Of a stretch of 64,000 bases of DNA, positions 55,022-64,000 are shown piece after piece; position 1 is the first letter of the stretch; each line of letters begins with the position of its first letter. The notes under the pieces are model-generated. The model ran no database searches. It was not told where the DNA came from and saw nothing but the letters and a program-made list of their open reading frames with translations. Source of the DNA: Nitrospirales bacterium (GTDB taxonomy: Bacteria > Nitrospirota > Nitrospiria > Nitrospirales > UBA8639); NCBI GenBank assembly GCA_965203295.1, contig CBDBCZ010000017.1, positions 2,080,001-2,144,000 on the forward strand, read 5' to 3'. A program made the translations under genes and the position numbers.

Positions 55022-56703
55022 ATTACACTCTAGATGAAAGCCTCGTTACCAAGCAGGGCAGGCTTTGTGGGTTTCTACCCTACACAGTCTGCTGCAAGCT
55101 TTTGTAAACCTCTGTAACCTTAGCGTTGTTCCCAGAATCCCAGCCAGACTTTTCCCCGACGAGCAAGGACGAACAAAAACAACAACAAAAAAAAACGGCT
55201 CGCCGTTTTAGTTATTTGCTCGTGCGGCCGCCGGCCGGGGAAACAAGATTGATAGAAACTTTGCAGCGTTTCTCATGCGAGACCCTCGAACCACTTCCTA
55301 CCTGGGTCATTCCCAGAGCGGTCTGGCACTGCAGTAACCCTCCCCTGCTCCTACTCAAACATTCTCCACTGTACATATACATGTAGCGAGCGGCGCCGTA
55401 TACAATATCCACCTGTTCGCGAAAATACAAGCGATTATCGTGCGACGTCAGTGCACAGCGGATCATATCCAGAACAAATGTGCCTCAAGCGAGTCCTGAC
55501 GAAGTTGACAGCTATACATAGCCAAGCCATTTTAAATAATTGCACGAGAACAAACTGTTTTGTTCACATACAGCCTCGAATTGAATGTAAGGAAAGGGCT
55601 GGAATCAGCCAGCAAGACACAAACTAAAGTGATTACATGCACAGGCAAAGTAGTCTTACTGAAAGCATGCATGAACCATGACTGCACAGTTATACAGTCC
55701 AATTGCAAAAAGGAATAAATTCTCTGGACCGCTGGCTGATATGCTAAAGAGGGTGCGCGTGTGTAGCTGTAATCTAATCACTTATTATGAGCATGCACTG
55801 ACTGCATTGTCCCCTTTCATACAGTCTCCATTGAAGACCCCGGCCCACAGAATTTGAAGGTCAGCCTATACAGTACCAAAAGATGCCTTTTCAGCGTTGG
55901 CAAAAGTACGACTTAGTCCATGCAGCCTTTATCTTTCCACCATGCACTAGTAGAATAAGATGACAGTCCTTGATTTAATTATACGGTCACTGTATGATGC
56001 ATTGGTGGTGAGTCCAGCTGGAAGGATGGGAAGCCCTATCCCAAGAAGCGGGTTGGGTTCCCCAAGTTTTAGTGTAAAAGGGAAAAATGATCTCGATATT
56101 AAAACAACAGTACCTGAACTTGACATAAATAAGGCACTTTTTGACTCATTATAACAAGTATATAACTACAATCGGACATGCAATAAGAATGCATGGGTTT
56201 TGTGAAATGAAACCATGTTTGTATGCGTTTAGGATATAATAGTCAGCAAATAATTAATAATGCATGAGGTGAGTATAACAAACTATACAAATTCAAGGTG
56301 GCTATAGCTATAAATTTACAAATCAGGAAATTCATAATTTTCAGGAATAACAGGCGGGAGAGTTCCACCGGGATGATCCGTCGATTCACAGGTCTTCAGG
56401 CTCATCTGGCAGATCTATTGGTATCTCTGGAAACGTTGTTGGGTGTGTATCAAGCGGATGAACAGCATCCTCAGTGGTAATCTCAACCCATTTATCACTG
56501 GATTCTTCGGCAATAATTCTGTTTCGCATGTTACAGCTGCTAACAAATCGGATATTTATCCGTCGGCAAGTGGCAGAGGTTCTCCAGAGGCTTACCACCT
56601 ACGACCTAAAGTGACAGACATTGATGTCAACCATTATTGAATGTGATCCGCGATCATGCATAAGCCACGTGACACTGTCTATGCAGAAGTACGCGTACAC
56701 ATA

Positions 56704-57007
56704 TTGTATAGCTCTTAAATTTTGTGGGTCTTTAATGTCACGAATTTCGCGAATTTTGAACGATTCGCAAAATTATTTCAACGAAAATTTTTACACATCC
56801 ACATAGATAGTAGAGTGCATTACTCTATTATCTAAGGTTATTTCAGTATCTATGGTTATTTTGTTACTCAGGAACGCTCCACCAATAAATTCCTTAGTGC
56901 GCGGGGTGTGGTGTATTTAAGAGCAAATTCGCGAAATTATTTCAACGAAACGTTAAAAAACGGTCATTCGCGAATTTTTAGACCCGCTAAATTTAAGCGC
57001 TATACAG
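56704..57007. mobile_element. MITE (related copy at about 60640-61040)
   Basis: TGTATAGCTCTTAAATTT ... AAATTTAAGCGCTATACAG, TA-flanked. Confidence 0.7.
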
Positions 57008-57259
57008 TACATAGCTGGGAGATTTGTGTGACTGGTATTTCACTTCTGGAGATTACTTCGGCTGTTTGAGCTAATACTTCTGATACTATGCAGCATGTGG
57101 GCAGTACTGATTCGTAAAGACTTCATGAGAGCCATTCCTAACCCCTTAAAAAGCGTAATTAAAAAATTTCTACGCTTCGCGCAGGGGCCTGCTACATAAC
57201 ACACTCTCGACGCTCTGTTTGTCAGCCGGACCGATGCAAAAGTGCTTACGGCGCCCCTG

Positions 57260-57325
57260 CTAATACCTACAGCTAGCAGCTCCCGCCTTATATAGGCAGC
57301 ACTTGTTTAAAATGCTTGTGGTTTT
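57260..57325 (-). pseudogene. Degenerate unit 11 (promoter only)
   Basis: AAAACCACAAGCA, 18 nt, TATATAAGG (57286-57294); the transcribed part is replaced by unrelated, transposon-like sequence. Confidence 0.55.
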
Positions 57326-57756
57326 GTAAAGTTTGGATATTAGCAATTAAGGTGTGTGAATACCACTACATTGTACCACAGCCATGGTACAGGGAGGCTG
57401 CAGTTCCTGTTTTGGTCATAAAGCATCTAGATCTCACAGAGACTCACATGCAAGCATCCAATTGTACAGCCCTTACATACGTTAACGTAGCCTGTAGCTG
57501 TATGGAATGCTCTATGTACAGTATAAAGGTGAACCTCATACCGAGGCCTTTCACTACATACTGTGTCTGAAAGTAAACTAACTGACGTACAAAACCATGA
57601 CCAGTCAGCTAGCAGGATCCTTGACCATGTGAGCTCATTGGTCAGTTCAAAACTAATTTCGTACCAGTTCTGCTAGACCCTCCCTCTCTTTCCTTTTCCT
57701 TTCCTTGACTTTTCAGGGAGGAAAGGTGTACTGAGATAGACTAAGGGTTCCCTAAC

Positions 57757-57865
57757 CTTTCTGATCACTGTGTATCCAGTTCAGTATGATCTCAGGTGTC
57801 CTTCAGTAGTTGTCAGTCATGATCCCAGCCGATGGTCCTGCCGAAGTCGATGAGTCACTCCTGGC
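57757..57865 (-). pseudogene. p38 MAPK exon remnant
   Basis: LIDFG... IMTDNY*RTPEIILNWIHSDQK|GT. Confidence 0.7.
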
Positions 57866-58002
57866 TTTAGGTCCTGAAAGGGGAGGGGTGGAAAGCTGCC
57901 CTTGCGACATATTCCCCAAAACCGCCTCCACAGCAGGTAGTATAAATATACCCCTCCTGGACATAATCCTGGGAGACAACAAAGCTTTCTCATTCGGGTG
58001 CA

Positions 58003-58080
58003 CTAGGCTGCCACAATTGTATGCTGAGATGCAGCACCCTTCTTTATAAAGGAAGCCCTGCACAAAACAGTTGTGGGTTT
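58003..58080 (-). pseudogene. Degenerate unit 12
   Basis: AAACCCACAACTG 58068-58080, 17 nt, TTTATAAAG; shortened body with an eroded Sm site (AAUUGUGG, 58011-58018). Confidence 0.5.
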
Positions 58081-58389
58081 TTGAAAATCCTAATTACGAT
58101 GTATGAATACAATTGTATACTGCCTTTCTATTTCGCTGACAGTCCCTCTCCCATTGGGTGCCACGCCTCCCTCTCCTCTGGGGTACCTACTGCCCCCCTC
58201 TCTCATCCACCCACCACATTAGTACAGCAGTGAGTGACCCACTACTAGCATACGCCTTGCATACGCAGGTCTGGGAAAAGCGATATGAATGCATTCCCCC
58301 CACTATGATGGAGTCAATTTTCAACAGAAAGCTGAGGCCTGAATGTGGAGCTGCCTCCATGCAGCTCCACATCATATAAAAGGATTGTT

Positions 58390-58691
58390 TAAAATGGGTA
58401 AATTATTCGATCCTCTAATAATTCATACCCTCTAATATTTCATGTATTTGAATAATTCGCACACTCCCAATTTTCACCAGTTTGGATTGTAAATGTGCAT
58501 ACAACACACATGCAATACTCTACATAACGCTATGCCTAGTACTATCCAGATGCAATGCTGTATTGCTTAGTATTAAAAATGCATCCTGACTCACTTTTCC
58601 ACCCTGGTGTCAATGTCAGCCTTGAGTTCCTGGTGTCTGTCCATCGTTTCCCCAGCCCCTGGGATATCCCTGGCCAGCTCATCTGACTCCA
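58390..58691 (-). pseudogene. Duplicate of 30320-30620 including a partial spectrin exon
   Basis: Near-identical sequence; ESDELARDIPGAGETMDRHQELKADIDTRVE|GT. Confidence 0.8.
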
Positions 58692-60308
58692 CAATCTGAA
58701 AGCGTAAATTTAGGAAGATCCCAAGTTTAGAGACTCACACATGTAAGCATGAACTTGCCATGGAATTCTCAATGAACAGCATTAAAGTAAACCTCACACC
58801 GAGGCCTTTCACCTCATACTGTAGCCATGGAGAAAAATTTGGACAAAAGGATTTTGGTATGAATTGAGGAATGTCGGGTAGTTATACAGCGGGGGGGGGG
58901 GGTGGCGATGTGGCTAGAGTCCACACATATTATTTGTCTACTTTCTATACTACAAACCAATTCTGGGTAGCAATCTAGCCAATGTGATCTACATGTACGT
59001 ACAAGATCTTATAAGTGTTCCTCTACCCTGAGCCCCAATGTCTGTGAAGGTAGATGGGACTTAGAGAAGTAGTCAGCTAACTGAATATTCAACAGTGCAG
59101 GCTGGCAGTTTAAAGCTAAATTTGTGCAAGACTATCCCTCTTCTTATTTCATTTTTTACCCTGCACCCGTATACACAAGTGGGGTTGAGCAATCTGCTGT
59201 TGTTGTACAGCTGTCCTTAAAAAATTTTCGATTTAGAGGCTCTAACAATTTCAAAACAGGATGTAACTAAAGAAATAAAAAAATCGAGGTGTGTGTGTGT
59301 CCTGACAGTGACCTAAGGGTTCTAGCCAGCTCTATCTTATTCAATATCAGTAAGGTCTACCATTTTAATACGCTCTAGAACTCCAACTCCAAGTGAAGAA
59401 CTCCAAAAAGGCAGAGGCCAGGCACACACGGTCACTTGACATGTGTTCATAGTGGAGTATACATAGCGAAGTGTCTGTGCCTTTACTGCGGTGATCAGTC
59501 ACGCCCTACGGCAGTACATGAACACGATATACTTGTATTTCACGCTGCCAATAATTTAGGTCCGGTCTTCAGAGTCCAGGAGCGTGGGGCATGTATCTGC
59601 TGAAAACGTTTATTTGCTTTTTGTGAGGGCGGGGGGAGGGGAGGGTCTAGTGAGCTACACTAAGGGTTCTCTAACCTTTCTGATCACTGCTTGTCCAGTT
59701 CAGCATTATCTCAGGTGCCCTTCAGCAGCCGTCAGTCATAGATCTCACTCACTCCTCGCTTTAGGTCCTAAGGTGGGGGAGAGGGAATATGCAATAACCA
59801 GGTCATGTGGAAGCAACTAATTACAGCAATGGAGAGAACCAATTACTACTGAGTGATGTGAAGCAGAGTGAGGTCAGTACTTGGGCTCAGATCTCTCTTA
59901 GCAATCTGTAGGGTCACCATTCCACACATACGCCCTTATGCTCCCAATATCCAACAATCGCCACGAGTGCACATCCAAGTCAAGACATTCTGATCACTAA
60001 CCGACAGCAAGGTAGGATCTGAGGATCCAAGAAGTTGAAGAGAGGACAGCAGAAGATACTACTGCTGCTATGGTACTTGCTAGGCAACAGTGTAAGTACC
60101 AGGAGACCCCAGAGGCTGACTGAGACCAGGCTCCAACGAGGGAGAGAGGTCAGGCACCACTGGAATAGAGTGTGCCAGAGAGAGAGAGAAGGGCAGTAGG
60201 TACCCTTCGGAAGAGAGGGAGTGTCATGCTTTAACTACGTACCAGAAATGCCAGTTTGTATGCTGGGAGTGGGAGGTGGGTGGGGGGGGGGGGGGAGCCT
60301 AAGGATAG

Positions 60309-60380
60309 CAAGTCACTTGTGGGTTGGCACAGTTATCGATATTCCTTCAGTCATTACTGTCTATGATCACTGTTCACTCT
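60309..60380 (-). pseudogene. Truncated type B promoter (unit 13)
   Basis: AACCCACAAGTGACTTGC plus an upstream flank like unit 9; no TATA box or RNA body. Confidence 0.5.
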
Positions 60381-62172
60381 AAGTGGAGCCTGAGCGACAA
60401 GATATACAGTCACTGTGGTCCAAGTGCCTGTTAGGAACATTAGCTCAATAAATGCACACACCCGGCCTGTCATACTGATGTATACACCAAATAGCCTCGT
60501 TCCCAGTACTTTACACCCCAGCTTTTATCTCACAGCCATGGGGAAAAAGTAAGGGGGAAGGCCTGGTACCACTTATCACGTGCCGTGATGCAGGGTAGAC
60601 GTTTATACCCACACAATGGTACTTACATGCCCATGCACTACTGCATAGCGCTTAAATTTCAAATGTCTTTAATTTCACAAATTTCGTGAATCCGCAAAAT
60701 TATTTTTAATTTTGTCGCTTCCGACTTTACACAGATGTTTCTGTTTCAGTACTTCAAGTGCCCTCGTCCGCGATTTCTGCAGCAAACAGGCAAATCACTG
60801 CTATCTGCCAGCGCGACGGTCAGGGAGCATACTTGAAAATGAGCACAGAGAAGAGGGCCGAAATTGGACATCAAGCAGCGGAGCATGGAGTGCTAGCCAC
60901 CATTCACTGCTACGCTATTGTCTGTGTGCAGTACACCCGGTTACACCCCACCCATAAATTCAGTAGTACGTGTTTAATGAATTTGCAAATTATTTAGCTA
61001 TTCGCTATTTTTAGACCCACCAAATTTAAGCGTTATGTGGTAAATGAAAAACGGCATCCGTTGAGCACAGAATGACTGCAAAATTGAAACTGAGGGCTGT
61101 TGACTGAGATAAACAATCCTTCGGGTAGCGTTTTGTGTAAGTTCTAACTGTTCACGGCTGAAAGGGACCATTCTAGAATGCCTGATGGCGGGTGAGAGGC
61201 CATGACAGTGAGAGATGCTCCTACCTTTTATCTAGCTGCCATGAGTGTGGCCTGTGGGCTTATCGCTGCCTGAAGGATCGTCTGCCTCAGTCAACAGGCC
61301 TCGGTGGTGTCATTTCTGTTGTTCTGCGTTCAGCAAATGCCGATCTTGAATTATTAAGTGGGCATGTAAGTCTACCCTACATCACGGCCCGTGATAAGTG
61401 GTACCAGGACTTCCCCCTCGCTTTTACCCCACGGCTGCGAGATAAAAGCTAGGGTGTGGAAATGAGGCTATACGCCAATGCCGTTTGACAACATTGGCAC
61501 ACAATCCGAAAGTGCCACTCCCCAGTGTGTGGATGATAACTGTCACAGTGAGCTAATATTAGCTCCAGCGGTTTGGCCTCTCCCGAGCAGTTCACGAGAT
61601 AATGATTATACAATGAATAACATTGCTACATAAAAATTTGTGAATAGCCTGATCATGTTCCAAGGCATTGTAGACAGAGCATACACCTCAGCAAATGGGT
61701 TTACAAGTCCTTGGGTCCTTGTAGTGTTTTCTGTCCTAGCATTTAGAATCATGCAGGCTTGTTTCCCAAGAACTCCAAGGCAGATTTCTTGTGTGCACAC
61801 ATGCCTATTTCCCATAATCAGTCAGTGTGGCGCCGATAATAGGAAAGTGCCGATACTTTGTCACTTAAAATTACATTACATACGCATTTCATAGACAGTT
61901 CATGGGTAGTGAGTAGATGATCGTGCCCGGTAGCAGCTTGCAGTGACATCACCTGATTACATCGGCTTCAAGTTCCTCCATGAGCAAATTCTACCATCAA
62001 ATCCTACATCTACATAGCCATCTACCTCTTCTCTCACCCAATGAATAAGCCATTTGAAAAAAAACAAAAAAACATGCAGGGATGGAATCTCCAAAGAAAC
62101 AAAACAGCACCACAATGCTTTACAAAATGTCATCCCCACATCTAATGAGTTTACTTTCTAAGGGACTGAGTT

Positions 62173-62238
62173 GAGCCTTTTGGCTCTCCAAAAATTGTGT
62201 GCATTACTTCACGCACTTTTTCCAGGTACATCAGCCAT
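62173..62238 (-). ncRNA. Putative Sm-class small RNA, unit 14 (most divergent copy)
   Basis: AGACCCACAAGTG 62289-62301, 17 nt, TTTATAAGG 62263-62271. RNA AUGGCUGAUGUACCUGGAAAAA-GUGCGU GAAGUA AUGCAC-AC-AAUUUUUGG-A-GAGCC AAAA GGCUC. Confidence 0.72.
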
Positions 62239-63928
62239 CCCAAATCTCTGCTGCAGCTTGCTCCTTATAAACCCAGTCATTGCGAAAACACTTGTGGGTC
62301 TAGCAGCTACTAATGAATTCATAGGACACTTCCTATGATTAGTAATTCACAAATTGATCCTTACAATGTCACTACTGTAACAGCTGCACAACAATACATA
62401 GTGTCATGGCAAATGGAGCCCATTGTAGCCTGGGAACGAGGCTAGCCCATTGCGCAGTAGGTGGAAGAATGACACGAGGTGGAAAGCTGCTGTGTGTGCC
62501 TTGAGACCTGACTAGGGGATGTGGCTATAATGCTACTCAGCAACGCTCCAGGCTACGCCCGATCGTGCTCGTGACGAACCCTCAACAACATAGCTCTCAG
62601 CTGACTCCTCTCTACACTACACTGCTAGTCGATGTGAGGCAGGTTCATTGTCTTTTAGGCAATATCAGAAGCAGTTTGCTCCTTCAGCCTATCTAGCAGG
62701 GACACAAATAGCACTAGCAAACGACTGTAAGATACGATTGTCAGATACACTAGTACCGCCAGTTGAATATGGGCTGCTGCAGGAGCGCATGAAAAGTGGA
62801 AGAGAGTAGGAGCAAGAAGCTCCCATGCGAAAGATTTATACTTTCCTCGGTAGCTCCATTACTATTATGCGCAAGCACGTGCTACAGTCTGTTAGCTTGT
62901 GGATGGCTTGACACAGAAGGTCATGGCCATGTAGTAAAATGACTTACAGTGTTCAGTAACCCTGACAAGGCCGCCTGTGACTCTTGACTGTCAAGCATTT
63001 GCTTCCAGTGATATCAAAAGTGATATATAGCTCAGGGCTGAAGATAAGTCTCTGGAAGCAGCCTGAGTCTGTTTCTGAAGGTAAGGCACGGTTTGGGCAT
63101 ACATTCTGAACATGGCATACATGTACCATGCCTACCGGTATATCCATTCATTGAGCCTGCTGTTACCTACACGTGCACATGAAGCTTGTCCTACCGCCCA
63201 GAGCTGCAGCTAGCAAAAGCCTAAAATAGCAAGCCTGTTTCAAGGACTGTTAGTAGCTACCCACCTAACCTGCTTCCATCCAACACTCAGCTACAAAAGT
63301 GGTGATGACTGTGAAAGTGTATTCACTAAGGGTCGAGCTAGTACAGTGCAGCTACGGCTAGGCTTCGGTCTTAGACTTCCTGTTATGCTTTGCAGTTGTT
63401 TGCAGTCGCTGTTTCTGCAGTTGTTTGCAGTTTCTCCTTTGAATTACTGCCTCCACATGGCTCAGGCAGGAATCAGTCAGCTACACTAGCTATAGTGGAG
63501 ATTTTTAATGCAAAGTTGAGGATTGAACGTGGAGCTGCCTCTACATGTACGTGGCTTAGTCAGTAGCACTATTGCCGGCTTTGCAATAATTATGCAAAAT
63601 GTTCCATACAAGTCACTAGAGGTGACATTTCTTTTCATTTCTATCTGTATAGAGTGAGCGAGTTCAACAAGCCCAAGTAGTTGCGCGAGCAAAGCGAACA
63701 CAACTACTAGCACATGTAAACCAGAGATTTAAGGCTACAAGACAGCAGTCCATTTGTAAAGTGAGACAGTGTATTCCTGCTAGCATGTACAATTACATGT
63801 AGCCTGAGGAATGCTGCCAACTCCCTAGACACTCACTGTTACACTACTCACAACTAGCATGTTTGACTGGCCACTAATGAGATCTAACAAAGGCCCACCC
63901 TGGTGACCCCCTCTACCAAGACACTAAC

Positions 63929-64000
63929 CATAGCACATCCAGTTCAGCATGATCTCAGGCGCCCTCCAGTAGCGTGTTGTGACGTAGCCGGTCATGATCT
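63929..64000 (-). pseudogene. p38 MAPK activation-loop exon (runs off the window; gene or pseudogene)
   Basis: [25 protein letters not shown] with an intact TGY motif, but lacking the DQK exon end seen in other copies. Confidence 0.75.

Noticed and set aside
55060..55075. Additional promoter element AAACCCACAAAGC
   Set aside because: No TATA box at the expected distance and no Sm site downstream.
55800..56620. Coding-like sequence on the minus strand
   Set aside because: Interrupted by stops, and I cannot recognise a protein family.
35991..62301. Spliced-leader RNA or U7 snRNA gene cluster
   Set aside because: No shared leader exon or conserved GU donor among units, and the Sm site is canonical rather than the U7-type AAUUUGUCUAG. 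Not fully excluded without transcript data.
35991..62301. CRISPR-like repeat-spacer array
   Set aside because: Units are hundreds to thousands of bp apart with separate promoters, the context is eukaryotic, and there are no cas-like ORFs.

Overview
Eukaryotic, intron-rich, transposon-dense animal DNA; a sponge-like non-bilaterian origin is my unverified inference. The left half (1-28 kb, + strand) holds the 3' exons of a CRAMP1/cramped-like gene and a complete 12-exon CEP41 gene (340 aa). Their introns carry a decayed LINE and many non-autonomous DNA transposons. The right half (30-64 kb) has no gene I could assemble as intact. It is a mosaic of local duplications with decayed p38 MAPK and spectrin exons. 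Within it, all on the minus strand, lies the main finding: about 14 related small-RNA-gene-like units, 9 of them apparently intact. Each intact unit has an upstream element AAACCCACAAGTG, a 17-18 nt spacer and a TATA box. These are followed by a ~50-80 nt putative transcript with a copy-specific 5' segment, usually a stem-loop, a canonical Sm site (AAUUUUUGG) and a 3' stem-loop. They do not resemble the spliceosomal snRNAs or U7 as I know them, and may be an undescribed, diversifying family of Sm-class guide-like RNAs. All calls were made by eye; no database searches or folding programs were run.
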